Shown here piece after piece: positions 1 through 10,340 of a DNA stretch of 64,000 nucleotides. This DNA comes from Phycisphaeraceae bacterium (GTDB taxonomy: Bacteria > Planctomycetota > Phycisphaerae > Phycisphaerales > Phycisphaeraceae): positions 5,216,001 through 5,280,000 of the forward strand of contig OY771506.1 of NCBI GenBank assembly GCA_963674705.1, in the 5' to 3' direction. A program made the translations under genes and the position numbers. A model generated the notes under the pieces. It was not told the DNA's origin. It saw only the letters and a program-made list of their open reading frames with translations, and ran no database searches. Within the stretch, counting starts at the first letter, position 1. Each line of letters starts with the position of its first letter.

Positions 1-1
1 G

Positions 2-616
2 ATCACGGCACTTGTCGAACCCGGTGATCCCCTGCCTGGTAGCAGCGAAACCATTGTCTATACAGGTGTCGTCGCTGTAAACGACCAGGGGCAGGTTCTT
101 TTCACCGCAGACTTATCTGATGGAGACTACGGCCTTTTCTTTTACGATGACACGTTAGGCATCATCAAGGTCGTCAGCGAGAATGACGCGTTACTCGGTA
201 GCAACATTCTGGATTTGACGTATGGGTGGACCACCATTGGCGGTGACGAGCATAGCGGATTCAATAACCTCGGGCAGTTCAGTTATCAGTTTAAACTCGA
301 AGACGGGCGCACCGGCATCGCGATCTGGTCGCCACCGATCCCCGGTGACCTGGATGGCGATGGATTCGTCGGGCTGGATGACCTGGATATCGTGCTGAAC
401 AACTGGAACCAGAACGTCACTGCGGGTGACGCATCACTGGGCGATATCAACGGCGACGGCTTCGTCGGGCTGGATGATCTGGATATCGTGCTGAACAACT
501 GGAACACCGGCACGCCGCCGAGTGGCAGCGCGATCCCAGAGCCGGGTAGTCTTGCGCTGTTGTTGCCGTCTTTGTGGTTCTTAGTTCAGCGCAAATATTC
601 CATGAATAAACAGTGA
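2..616 (+). CDS. Secreted protein, 5'-truncated by the window: NxxGxxxF-type repeats, dockerin-like double EF-hand, PEP-CTERM
   Basis: Frame open from base 2 (VNDQGQVLF, FNNLGQFSY repeats); GDLDGDGFVGLDDLDIVLNNWN motif twice; IPEP + hydrophobic stretch + RK tail. Confidence 0.8.
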   Translation: MTALVEPGDPLPGSSETIVYTGVVAVNDQGQVLFTADLSDGDYGLFFYDDTLGIIKVVSENDALLGSNILDLTYGWTTIGGDEHSGFNNLGQFSYQFKLEDGRTGIAIWSPPIPGDLDGDGFVGLDDLDIVLNNWNQNVTAGDASLGDINGDGFVGLDDLDIVLNNWNTGTPPSGSAIPEPGSLALLLPSLWFLVQRKYSMNKQ

Positions 617-731
617 TAAATCATTTGATCTAGCGTTTTCCCCTTTTTTTGCTATACTGGGCGATCGTTGTTAATTGTCTATATAAAAATCACTTACGTC
701 GCATATATTGTCAATAATAGGGAGAATTCTT

Positions 732-1955
732 GTGAAGTCTAAACGCTGTCGGAGGGGACGTTTTGTTCACAGATCAGCCTTGGTTTTGTTGGCCACATTG
801 GGATTATCTCAATCCTTGAATGCGGGTGTCACGTTTAGCTTCAATTTTCTGGACGATCCAGGAGTGGGCTTCAATGCGTACGGCTCAACCGGCGATGACC
901 GCAGAGCGGGGCTGGCTGAGGCCGCCGATTACTTCTCCATCTTGTTTGCCAACTATGACGCCACGATTGAAATCGATGTCATTGGCAGTGAAACCAGAGA
1001 TACTGCACTGGCAAGCGCCAGTTCAAATTACACCTCGGCCTACCCCGGTGTTGGTTTTGGCGACGCGGGTGATGTGATGCTGAAGATACTTGGCGGTGAC
1101 AGCGCGGATCCCAGCCCGGGTGTCGCCGACGGCGAGATTTACTGGAACTTTGAGGATTTTTTGTGGGAGCCTTTTAGCGACTTCCAACCCGGCGAACTAG
1201 ACCTGATTTCGACTGCCAGGCATGAACTGATGCATGCCATCGGTTTCATCTCCAGCATCGGCGAAGATGGCGCAAGTGCTTTTCATGATGCAGGCCAAGC
1301 GACCGCATGGTCACCATTCGATGAGTTTGTCGCCGATTCTTATGGCGCACTTATTGACGATCAAACTTTTGAGATCTACCTGGAAGATTGGCTTGTCTCT
1401 TCGGTCGGAGGAACCGGACCGGATGACGGTTTGTTGTTCATCGGCCCTAACGCGATGGCTGCAAACGGTGGTGAACCCGTCCCGTTGTATTCACCGACGA
1501 CCTGGTCCCCCGGCAGCTCCGGATCTCATACAGATACCGACTACTTCACCGGTTCAGACTTCATGATGATGAACAGCGAAGCATCCGTCAGCGAAGGTTT
1601 GGACATCCGAGAATTGAGTGATATAGAGCTGGGTATCTTGATGGACATCGGTTATGTGGATCTCATCATCCCAACAGTCCTGGAAGGCGACCTGAACGGT
1701 GATGGCTTCGTCGGCCTGGATGATCTGGATATCGTGCTCGCGAACTGGAACCAAAACGTCACCGCGGGTGATGAGTCTCTCGGCGATATCAACGGCGACG
1801 GCTTCGTCGGGCTGGATGACCTGGATGTGATACTGAACAACTGGAACGCGGGTACACCGCCGAGCGGCAGCGCCATCCCGGAACCGGGGACAACACTGAC
1901 GTTAAGCGGGCTGGGTTTAGTGATGCTGAACCGTCGGCTGCGCGGTGTTTGTTAG
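732..1955 (+). CDS. Secreted zinc metallopeptidase-like protein with dockerin-like domain and PEP-CTERM
   Basis: Signal peptide; HELMHAIGF (HEXXH) and downstream SGSH; dockerin-like repeat; IPEP-TM-RRLR. GTG start at 732 chosen from GGAG RBS. Confidence 0.8.
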   Translation: MKSKRCRRGRFVHRSALVLLATLGLSQSLNAGVTFSFNFLDDPGVGFNAYGSTGDDRRAGLAEAADYFSILFANYDATIEIDVIGSETRDTALASASSNYTSAYPGVGFGDAGDVMLKILGGDSADPSPGVADGEIYWNFEDFLWEPFSDFQPGELDLISTARHELMHAIGFISSIGEDGASAFHDAGQATAWSPFDEFVADSYGALIDDQTFEIYLEDWLVSSVGGTGPDDGLLFIGPNAMAANGGEPVPLYSPTTWSPGSSGSHTDTDYFTGSDFMMMNSEASVSEGLDIRELSDIELGILMDIGYVDLIIPTVLEGDLNGDGFVGLDDLDIVLANWNQNVTAGDESLGDINGDGFVGLDDLDVILNNWNAGTPPSGSAIPEPGTTLTLSGLGLVMLNRRLRGVC

Positions 1956-2094
1956 TCTAGGCAAAGATCTGCGAATAACGCGACAGAATCCTACCTTTTT
2001 CTACGCCCTTTTTGGCGGGGTGTGTTATTATTTCGGGATTGTGGATCGTCCACATTGAGATGTAGAACATTCTCAATCCAGATGTATTGTTTTG

Positions 2095-2175
2095 GGGTGA
2101 CACACTTTGACTGCGCAGCAGCAAAGTATGCGTTGAGAGAGCACACTTTGCCCTGCGGGTCAAAGTATGGCACCC
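2095..2175. repeat. REP-doublet (REPIN-like) intergenic inverted repeat
   Basis: GGGTGACACACTTTGAC..GCAAAGTATGC / GCACACTTTGC..GTCAAAGTATGGCACCC; each half is itself a hairpin. Confidence 0.55.
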
Positions 2176-2231
2176 GTTACAGTTGGATTGAAGTTTTCAA
2201 TGTGGAGATTTACTGAAGCAGGAGAAGCCCG

Positions 2232-3455
2232 TTGGTTGAGCGTTTATTTTTAATGGGTGCTGGTGGTGTGCGTACGGCCGCGATGGCGGCGGCGTGCTTG
2301 CTTGTGCTGGGTGTGGGGTGTCAGGTACGGGCGGGGGTGACTTTTAACTTCAACTTCCTGGATGATCCGGGTGTTGGGTTTAATGCGTATGGCTCGACCG
2401 GCGATGATCGTCGGGCGGGATTGACGCTGGCGGGCGATTACATCGCGCAGTTTTTTGTGAACTATGATGCGACGATCGAACTGGATGTGATCGGCAGCGA
2501 GACGGATGACTACGTGCTCGCCGGCGCGGCTTCGAATTACAACTCTGATTATCCGGGCATCGGGTTCGTCGATATCGGGGATGTGATGCACAAGATCCTC
2601 GGCGGGGACAGCGCCGATCCGGCCCCGAATGCTGCGGACGGCGAAATCGTCTGGAACTTCCAGGACTTTGATTGGGAGCCTTTGAGTGATTTCCAGGCAG
2701 GCGAACTCGATCTGATTTCAACCGCGATCCATGAGATGACGCACGTCATCGGTTTTGTCAGCAGCATCTGGGAAGATGGATCAAGCTATTACCATTACGC
2801 GGGTGAGGCGACCGCGTGGGAGCCTTTCGATGCTTATGTTGCGGATGTGGACGGGTTTCTGATCAACCACACAACGTACAAGATGCGGCTGGCGCGCTGG
2901 CTGGAAGCGTCGGTCGGCGGGACGGGGCCTGATGCGGGGTTGTTCTTCAACGGCCCGAACGCAAGGGCAGCCAACGATGGGAACCCCGTGCCGTTGTACT
3001 CGCCTAGAACGTGGGAAGACGGCAGCTCGGGCTCGCACCTGGATACCAACTACTTCACCGACGAAAACGCGAAGATGATGAACAGCGAAGCCTCGGTCTA
3101 CGACGGGCTGGACATCCGCACGTACAGCGACATCGAGCTGGGCATCCTGCAGGACATCGGTTACACCGACTTGTTCATCCCGCTTGCGGGTGATGTGAAC
3201 GGTGACGGCTTTGTGGGGCTGGATGATCTTGACATCGTTCTCAGTCACTGGAACCAGACCGTCGCGACGGGCGATCAGTCGGTCGGCGACATCACGTATG
3301 ACGGGTATGTCGGGCTGGATGACCTGGACATCATCCTCAGCAACTGGAACGCTAGTACCGCGCCCGGCCTGGTTGTACCTGAACCGCTTGCGACAATAAT
3401 CTGGTTGCCGATGTCCGTCGTTCTGACAATTCGTACAAAGCGAGTTAAAGCCTGA
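2232..3455 (+). CDS. Paralog of 732-1955: HEXXH metallopeptidase-like, dockerin-like, PEP-CTERM
   Basis: AGVTFNFNFLDDPGVGFNAYGSTGDDRRAGL nearly identical to the upstream gene; HEMTHVIGF; VPEP tail; AGGAG RBS before TTG. Confidence 0.8.
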   Translation: MVERLFLMGAGGVRTAAMAAACLLVLGVGCQVRAGVTFNFNFLDDPGVGFNAYGSTGDDRRAGLTLAGDYIAQFFVNYDATIELDVIGSETDDYVLAGAASNYNSDYPGIGFVDIGDVMHKILGGDSADPAPNAADGEIVWNFQDFDWEPLSDFQAGELDLISTAIHEMTHVIGFVSSIWEDGSSYYHYAGEATAWEPFDAYVADVDGFLINHTTYKMRLARWLEASVGGTGPDAGLFFNGPNARAANDGNPVPLYSPRTWEDGSSGSHLDTNYFTDENAKMMNSEASVYDGLDIRTYSDIELGILQDIGYTDLFIPLAGDVNGDGFVGLDDLDIVLSHWNQTVATGDQSVGDITYDGYVGLDDLDIILSNWNASTAPGLVVPEPLATIIWLPMSVVLTIRTKRVKA

Positions 3456-3875
3456 GCACACCATGAACTGAATGCTCGGCCAGCCCGTCGTTGTCGCAAG
3501 AATTAGAAACAATTAACACACTAAACATTTACATGAGTTTGGCCGTGGTTATAATCGCGGTTCCGGTTTCATTTTTCCGTAACACCGTCCGTTTAGTGCC
3601 CGAGTCATTGGCGGTGTGTTAGTTGTCAGTCAACTTAGTAGGCCAGAACACCAAACCCCGCGCCTTGAGTACTTAGGGTGCCGCGATCGAGGGGGGTGCT
3701 GTGATGTGGCGTACAGCGAGCAGCCGGCAACCATCAGGAGCACTCGACCTGATTGCCCCGTTCCTATCTCACGATCGATTCGATCGAGTCAACGATATTG
3801 AAACACCTATTCAAATCCCCCACCGCCTTGTCGCGGCGTGGTGGTTTGTCTCAATAACTTTTCAGGGAGCTTGCC

Positions 3876-6299
3876 ATGAACCGATTAGTCACTTCGAGCA
3901 TACCAGCCATCCTGTCGGTCGCCTCCATGATTCTCGCAATATCGATCCCTGCTGGCGCAGTTACGATCGACAACTTTGAAGAAGCCACATTCATCCTCGA
4001 CGCCACAGCGGGTAATGATTTGTTCTACACACAAACGGATCTACTCGAAAGCAACGTCATCGGCACGCAACGCAATATATTCATGTACAACTATGAAGGG
4101 GATCACGACCTCGGTGCGGTGGCAGGCAGCGGATCCGTCGCGCTGTACTTCGAGAATGGATCGGATGACACCTGGGTCGACTTTTACTACAACGGCGGCA
4201 CAAACGCGATGAGCCGGGACCTGACCGCCGGTTACCATAACGCGTTTAACATCAACGTCACCTCCAGCGATATCGGCGCCGACCTGGCTGTCAGCGTAGG
4301 CACACACGTCGGCGAAGCCGAAGCCAGCTACGTAGGTTTGTCGCAGACGATCAGCGGTGCGGGGATTTACCAGTTCCTCTACGAAGACTTCACCGGCACC
4401 GGTACGCCCGACTTCAGCGATGTGGACCAGATCACGGTCTCCGTGACCAAGACCGACAACGATATCCGTCACTACTACATCTCCGATATCAGTACAGCCA
4501 CGACCTATCAGCCGCATACCTGGGCAAGCACGCAGACGTATGCATTTTGGAGCCAGATGGCCTCGTGGTCGCCCCCTACCGGCACGCCTGACAGCGACTG
4601 GGTCGCCTATGTCTCTGTACCCATGGGTGGCCAACCTATTGAACAATCATTTGTGGACCAGGACTACACGGTCCACGGGCTGAATGTATCTGCAGGTTAT
4701 GGCACGATGATCCTGGATGTAGTGACCGGCCGAACACTGACCGTTGAAGATGAACTGAATATCAACGGCGGGATCGTCCGCCTGCAAGCCGACGACGTCA
4801 CGCTGGAAGCGGGAGAAGTGTATGTCCATTCCGGGACGCTGTATCTGGACAATCCCGACGCCGAGATCCATGCAGGTATATTCGAACACTTCGGGCCCGG
4901 CGCCTTTATTCATTACGATGGGACGCTGACCGTCGATGGCGGGTACTTCTCTGCCGTCGATAGTGGATCTGGTTTTGATTACACCATTGACGGCAATGAT
5001 GCATCTGACACGCCCATCGTCAAACTGGTCAACGGGGCACACTTTCAGGGTGGCGGTGACGCCAGTGGACACCTGCTAATCGGAAAAACCCAGGCCGGCG
5101 TCATGGAAGCCCGAGACCCGGGTACCTTTGTGGGTGTCGACGGATTCATCCAGGTTGGCGGTTATTACGACAACAGCAACAACGGCACCGGCCATCTGCT
5201 GATCACCGATGGTGCTACTTCCATGTGCCTCTACACACTGATCGGTGATGCCGGCGAATCAAGCGGCAGTGTGCTTATCAGCGGTGAAGGCTCCATGTTA
5301 ACAGTCAACGGCTTTCTTTCAGTCGGTCACAAGGATCAGTCCAGCGGTCAACTGACGATCCTGCAGCAAGCCCATGTCATCAGTGCAACCAGCTATGTTG
5401 GCGAACTCGACGAAGCCAGTGGGAGCGTGGTAGTCGCAGCGGATTGGACCGTGACGGACAGCCTGTATATCGGTTGCAACCAATCCTCACTTGGCGGGCA
5501 GGGATATGTCAGTGTCTTGAGTGATGGTGAAGTGAACGTCACCAACCTCCTCAGACTCTGGGGCGCAGCGACGCTGGATATGCAAGGCGGAACACTGACC
5601 GCACATGAAGTCGATAACCGCGGTGTGATTGAGGGCGAGGGAACGATCAGCGTGGATATCGACCTGAACAATCACGGCACTGTCTCGCCGGGTGGATTCG
5701 GCGCGGGCTGGCTCACAATAGATGGTGAATACGAGCAGGAAACAGATGGTGAGTTGTGGATCGGGATCGGCGGCACCAGCGATGAACAATACGATCACCT
5801 GGTCACTGGTGGGGAACAGGCTATCCTCCGCGGCGAGCTTGAAGTCAGGCTGATCAACAGCTATCTGCCCAGCGTGGGTGAATCATTCACCATCATCACC
5901 GCCAGCAACATCATCGGGACGTTTGCCGTGGAAGACCTGCCCGACCTGGGTGCGTCGCTTGCTTTCGACGTTGTTTACAACGCCGACAACGTCACGCTAC
6001 AAGTCATCAGCCTGCCGATCCCGGGTGACCTGAACGGCGACGGCTTTGTCGGGTTGATCGACCTGGACATCATCCTCAACAACTGGAATCAAACCGTCCC
6101 CCCCGCCGATCCTTTTGCGGATCCGTCGGGTGACGGCTACGTCGGTCTGGATGATCTGGACATCGTGCTGAATAACTGGAACGTCGGCACACCGCCTGTG
6201 AATGAATCCACTATCCCCGAACCCGTGGCCGGATTGTCCTTGTGCGCGTTGGGTATGACCGTGCTGTCACGCCGAGGAAACAGTGACTTCCACATTTAA
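3876..6299 (+). CDS. Large secreted beta-rich protein with T5SS/PEP-CTERM-associated repeats, dockerin-like domain, PEP-CTERM
   Basis: Signal peptide; repeats like GSVLISGEGSMLTVNGFLSVG; GTVSPG / DHLVTGG beta-helix motifs; dockerin-like repeat; IPEP tail. Confidence 0.75.
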   Translation: MNRLVTSSIPAILSVASMILAISIPAGAVTIDNFEEATFILDATAGNDLFYTQTDLLESNVIGTQRNIFMYNYEGDHDLGAVAGSGSVALYFENGSDDTWVDFYYNGGTNAMSRDLTAGYHNAFNINVTSSDIGADLAVSVGTHVGEAEASYVGLSQTISGAGIYQFLYEDFTGTGTPDFSDVDQITVSVTKTDNDIRHYYISDISTATTYQPHTWASTQTYAFWSQMASWSPPTGTPDSDWVAYVSVPMGGQPIEQSFVDQDYTVHGLNVSAGYGTMILDVVTGRTLTVEDELNINGGIVRLQADDVTLEAGEVYVHSGTLYLDNPDAEIHAGIFEHFGPGAFIHYDGTLTVDGGYFSAVDSGSGFDYTIDGNDASDTPIVKLVNGAHFQGGGDASGHLLIGKTQAGVMEARDPGTFVGVDGFIQVGGYYDNSNNGTGHLLITDGATSMCLYTLIGDAGESSGSVLISGEGSMLTVNGFLSVGHKDQSSGQLTILQQAHVISATSYVGELDEASGSVVVAADWTVTDSLYIGCNQSSLGGQGYVSVLSDGEVNVTNLLRLWGAATLDMQGGTLTAHEVDNRGVIEGEGTISVDIDLNNHGTVSPGGFGAGWLTIDGEYEQETDGELWIGIGGTSDEQYDHLVTGGEQAILRGELEVRLINSYLPSVGESFTIITASNIIGTFAVEDLPDLGASLAFDVVYNADNVTLQVISLPIPGDLNGDGFVGLIDLDIILNNWNQTVPPADPFADPSGDGYVGLDDLDIVLNNWNVGTPPVNESTIPEPVAGLSLCALGMTVLSRRGNSDFHI

Positions 6300-6316
6300 A
6301 ACAAAGGGATCATGCC

Positions 6317-8668
6317 ATGAACCGTTCATCGACCACGAGCTTTCTTGCCGTGTTTGTTGTATGGATTGCGGTGGTTGGCTTCTCGACCCATCCGACGATG
6401 GCCGTCATTACCATCGATAACTTCGAAGAGGGATTTTTCGTAACCATCGCGTTGCCGGGAACCAACACCTCTAATCTTCAGACGAACCTTTCCAACAGCA
6501 ACGTCATAGGAACGCAACGATATTCAACTTTGTACAATATCCCCGGACAGCATAATATCGCCTTGGCAGCGGGTCCGCCGGATGATTATTCGATCCTGGT
6601 ATTTGGCGAAGGCTGTAACAACACGGAATCCGGATTCACTTACAACGGATCTTCGGGACAACTCAACCGCGACCTGACCGTCGACAATCAGAACGCGTTC
6701 GCCGTCAATGTCACGTCAACTGTTAGTGGCGCCGACCTGGTTGTGACGGTTGGGACACGACTGGGAGAGCCCGAATCGGTCTTTGCCCAACTCATCCAAC
6801 CGATCACCGGCGCCGGTGTGTACAAGTTTCGATACAACGACTTCACCGGCTTCGGTGCGCCGGACTTCACCGATGTAGACAATATCAATGTGAAGATCCA
6901 AAAGACGGATAACACCGATCGCACTTTCACCATCGATGACATCACCACCACCAATACGATCACGCCGCATAACTGGGCAAGCACGCAGCTTATTGACAAC
7001 TGGAGTAATGTCTATGCTTGGACACCAGCCAGCGGCGTGCCCAATCGCGACTGGATCGCCAATATCTATGTGCCACCGGGGGGTCAGCCCGTCGAGTTTT
7101 CGAGCGTGGATCAGGACTACACCGTGCATGAATTAAACATGCTGCCCGGGTATGGCGCGATCAACCTTCAAGTCTTAGCGGGCCAAACGCTGACTGTCGA
7201 GGATGAAGCGTATATCGGGAATGGCATCCTCCGGTTTGCTGACAACGCAGCGTTTAGTGCAGACACAGTAACCGTCAGCACCGGCGTAATCCTGCTCGAT
7301 CACGCGGGAGCCGACCTGGATGCCGGTACATTGCGCATCGACGGCGGGCTACTCTCCCTCGACCATCCCGAGGCAAATATCCATGTCGGTGATTTTGCCC
7401 AATCCGATCTTGGGAACTTCGATCATCACTGCGGTACACTCACCATCGATGGGGGCCACTTCGATCCGCAAACGCCATTTGACCAATACACCATCGATGG
7501 CAACCAGCCTAACGAGACCGCAACACTTCGGCTGGTCCATGGAGCGTGGGCCTTTCTCGGCGGAGATTACACCGAAATGGACCTTTTGATCGGTCCTGAT
7601 AATAACGGCGTCCTGGAACTGAGCGATCCGGGCACGTTCCTGCGCACGAGCGACGCCCCTTGGTTGTACGACGGCGCCGTTCATGTGGGGGGTTCCGCGA
7701 TAGGCTCATTCCCCAGCATTGGGTCTGGGCGCATGACTATCGAGAACGGCGCTACGCTCACTTGCGGAGAAGGCTTCGTAGCCGAAACCGACGACTCGGA
7801 AGGGATCGTCACCGTGTCGGGCCCCGGGTCTACCTGGTATATCGATGGCAGCTTGTTCGTAGGAGGAACGGCTTACGGTCCCAGTGTTCCGAGCATAGCC
7901 GAACTGATTGTCAGCAACGCTAGTGTCGTGGACTGCCATGTATTGAACGTATGGCACTACGCAACAATTGACTTGGATGAAGCCACGATCGAATCCGAAC
8001 AAATCAACAACTACGGACGGATCAATGCGGATGGACTCATCACCGTCAGTAACGTATTCGATAATCTGGGCGTACTTGCACCGGGCGGATATGGGCCGGG
8101 CTTTCTTGCGGTGCAAGGTGAGTTGGACCTGACGGATAGCGGCACGGTCGAGATCGAACTCGGCGGGTCGAATTCCGGGCAGTTCGATCAGTTGTGGATT
8201 ACGGGTGATACATATACGACAGTGGATGGAATTCTGGATGTCGGTCTGATTGGTGGCTTCGATCCCGCAGCGGGTATAGCGTTCGAGATCCTCAACTCGC
8301 AGTTGCCGCTTCAAGGGCAGTTCAGTCAATGCAACTTTCCCACGTCAAACGGGATCGCGCTTGGCGTCAGGTATGACTCACATTTGATCTGGCTTGTCAC
8401 CGGGATGGTCGGCGACCTCAACGCCGATGGCTTCGTCGGGCTGGATGATCTGGACATCGTATTGACTCATTGGAACACCAGGGTCACGGCCGGCATCTGG
8501 ATGCAAGGTGATCCTTCAGGCGACGGCTACGTCGGGCTCGACGACCTGGACATCGTGCTGGGTAATTGGAACGCGGGGACGCCGCCGATGGTGGTGCCGG
8601 AGCCGGGGAGTCTGGTGTTGCTGGGGGTTGGGGGTTTGGGATTGATGCGACGGCGGGTGTGTGATTGA
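6317..8668 (+). CDS. Paralog of 3876-6299 (secreted beta-rich protein, dockerin-like, PEP-CTERM)
   Basis: Colinear similarity (TIDNFEE, SNVIGTQR, PDFxDVD, VDQDYTVH); VPEPGSLVLLGVGGLGLMRRR tail. Confidence 0.75.
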   Translation: MNRSSTTSFLAVFVVWIAVVGFSTHPTMAVITIDNFEEGFFVTIALPGTNTSNLQTNLSNSNVIGTQRYSTLYNIPGQHNIALAAGPPDDYSILVFGEGCNNTESGFTYNGSSGQLNRDLTVDNQNAFAVNVTSTVSGADLVVTVGTRLGEPESVFAQLIQPITGAGVYKFRYNDFTGFGAPDFTDVDNINVKIQKTDNTDRTFTIDDITTTNTITPHNWASTQLIDNWSNVYAWTPASGVPNRDWIANIYVPPGGQPVEFSSVDQDYTVHELNMLPGYGAINLQVLAGQTLTVEDEAYIGNGILRFADNAAFSADTVTVSTGVILLDHAGADLDAGTLRIDGGLLSLDHPEANIHVGDFAQSDLGNFDHHCGTLTIDGGHFDPQTPFDQYTIDGNQPNETATLRLVHGAWAFLGGDYTEMDLLIGPDNNGVLELSDPGTFLRTSDAPWLYDGAVHVGGSAIGSFPSIGSGRMTIENGATLTCGEGFVAETDDSEGIVTVSGPGSTWYIDGSLFVGGTAYGPSVPSIAELIVSNASVVDCHVLNVWHYATIDLDEATIESEQINNYGRINADGLITVSNVFDNLGVLAPGGYGPGFLAVQGELDLTDSGTVEIELGGSNSGQFDQLWITGDTYTTVDGILDVGLIGGFDPAAGIAFEILNSQLPLQGQFSQCNFPTSNGIALGVRYDSHLIWLVTGMVGDLNADGFVGLDDLDIVLTHWNTRVTAGIWMQGDPSGDGYVGLDDLDIVLGNWNAGTPPMVVPEPGSLVLLGVGGLGLMRRRVCD

Positions 8669-8699
8669 GGGTGAATGGTTGTATGTGTGGTTAACGATA

Positions 8700-8733
8700 A
8701 AGCCCACGTTCGATGAACGTGGGCTTCGTTTTT
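8700..8733. terminator. Perfect hairpin between convergent genes, probable bidirectional terminator
   Basis: AAGCCCACGTTC-GAT-GAACGTGGGCTT followed by CGTTTTT. Confidence 0.6.
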
Positions 8734-8757
8734 ATGGTGGGTTGTTGGTGAGGTGGT

Positions 8758-9948
8758 TTACAGCACTTTCACGATGGCGTCACAGAGGTAGTCCATGTTG
8801 GACTCGGTCATGCCGGCGACGTTGATGCGGCCGGAGCCGACGATGTAGATGCCGTAGTGTTCGCGTAGCTTGCCGACCTGTTCCTTGTTCAAGCCGGAGT
8901 AGCTGAACATGCCGTTCTGCTTTGTGATGAACGAGAAGTCGCGGTTCGCGCCTTTGTCAGCAAGTGTCTTGACGAATAGCTTGCGCATGCCGTTGATGCG
9001 GTCGCGCATCTCGGCGAGTTCGGCGTGCCATTGCTTGGTCAAACCCGCGTCCTGCAGGATCGTCGAGACGATCGCCCCGCCGTGCGATGGTGGGTTGGAA
9101 TAGTTACGTCGGATGCAGGTCTTGACCTGGCTCTGCACAGTCTTGGCTGCTTCTGCCGAAGCAGCGACCATGGTCAGCGAGCCGACACGTTCGTTGTACA
9201 GGCCGAAGTTCTTGGAGAAGCTGGCGCAGATGATCAACTCGGGCACCTTGCTGATCAGCGTACGCAGACCGACGGCGTCTTCTTCGATGCCGGTGGCTAA
9301 TCCCTGATACGCAAAGTCCACCAGTGGCAGCAAGTTCTTCTGAGCACACACATCCGCGATCTTCGCCCACTGCCCGGCATCCGGGTCGACGCCGGTCGGG
9401 TTGTGGCAGCAGCCGTGCAGCAAGACGACGTCGCCCTCTTTGGCTTCGGCGAGGCCTTTGAGCATCGCGTCGATGTCAAGCGTGTTCTTCGCGGCGTCGA
9501 AGTAGGGATAACGTTTCATAGGTACGCCGGCGGCGCCGAAGACGGCCGGGTGGTTTGGCCAGGTTTCATCACTCATCCAGAGCGTTGCCCCCGGAAGCTG
9601 GGAACCAATAAAGTCGCCTGCAACGCGCAGCGCGCCGGTGCCGCCGGGGCAATGGCTGGTCGCGGCGCGTTTGCCGGAGATGATGTCGCTGCCTGCGCCG
9701 AAGAGCATAGCCTGGACGCAAGCACCATAAGCTGGGTCGCCGTCGATAGGTTTGTAGCTCTTGGTGACCTCGGCGTCGATGAGGCGGCGCTCGGCTTCTT
9801 TGACGGTCGCCAGCACCGGGGTCTTGCCGGTAGCATCCTTGTAGACACCCACGCCCAGGTTGATCTTGTTGGGCCGGGTGTCCTCCTTAAACGCCTCAGT
9901 CAAACCAAGGATCGCGTCGGGTGGAGCGGGCTGGATCTTGTCAAACAT
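8758..9948 (-). CDS. aspC: Aspartate/aromatic amino acid aminotransferase (class I)
   Basis: PPDAILGL, KINLGVGVYKD, HGCCHNPTG, SFSKNFGLYNERVG (PLP lysine), GRINVAG; start set at MFDKIQ after GAGGAAGG. Confidence 0.93.
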   Translation of the reverse strand: MFDKIQPAPPDAILGLTEAFKEDTRPNKINLGVGVYKDATGKTPVLATVKEAERRLIDAEVTKSYKPIDGDPAYGACVQAMLFGAGSDIISGKRAATSHCPGGTGALRVAGDFIGSQLPGATLWMSDETWPNHPAVFGAAGVPMKRYPYFDAAKNTLDIDAMLKGLAEAKEGDVVLLHGCCHNPTGVDPDAGQWAKIADVCAQKNLLPLVDFAYQGLATGIEEDAVGLRTLISKVPELIICASFSKNFGLYNERVGSLTMVAASAEAAKTVQSQVKTCIRRNYSNPPSHGGAIVSTILQDAGLTKQWHAELAEMRDRINGMRKLFVKTLADKGANRDFSFITKQNGMFSYSGLNKEQVGKLREHYGIYIVGSGRINVAGMTESNMDYLCDAIVKVL

Positions 9949-10067
9949 TTTCTGCATCCTTCCTCTCAAGGGGCGTGAACTATCTGGGCCAACAGCAGGC
10001 CGTCGGGTAAGGTAACGCGGGGCGAGCGTGGGGGCAAAAATGGCGAATTTAGAGCGGGTTTTATTTA

Positions 10068-10310
10068 GCCACAGATGAACACGGATAAACACAGATGGGA
10101 TTTGTCCCCTCTCCCCGCGGGAGAGGGTTAGGGTGAGGGCCGGATGGATTGTGTATGCAGATTAAGATTCGTTATGAGAGTTGAAGCTTGAACGTCTCTT
10201 AAACTCGGTTCGTTTACTCACTACGGCACTCACCCCGGCCCTATCCCAGGAGCAGAGGGAGTGAATACATGCAAACATTGACCCGGATTTAATCCGTGTT
10301 TATCTGTGGC
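10068..10310. repeat. Nested pair of REP-like inverted repeats
   Basis: Outer: GCCACAGATGAACACGGAT (10068) vs ATCCGTGTTTATCTGTGGC (10292), 18/19 complementary. Inner: CCCCTCTCCCCGCGGGAGAGGGTTAGGGTGAGGG vs CACTCACCCCGGCCCTATCCCAGGAGCAGAGGGAG. Confidence 0.7.
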
Positions 10311-10340
10311 CATTTTTTTTCCAACATGAGATCGGCAAGA

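Noticed and set aside
344..8610. Repeated dockerin-like DNA as template/variable repeats of a diversity-generating retroelement
   Set aside because: Differences are mostly synonymous and not adenine-specific, all copies are coding, and no reverse transcriptase is in the window
9949..10092. N-terminal extension of aspC in the ORF track (MFIRVHLW...)
   Set aside because: It is translation of the intergenic repeat; family similarity and the RBS point to 9948
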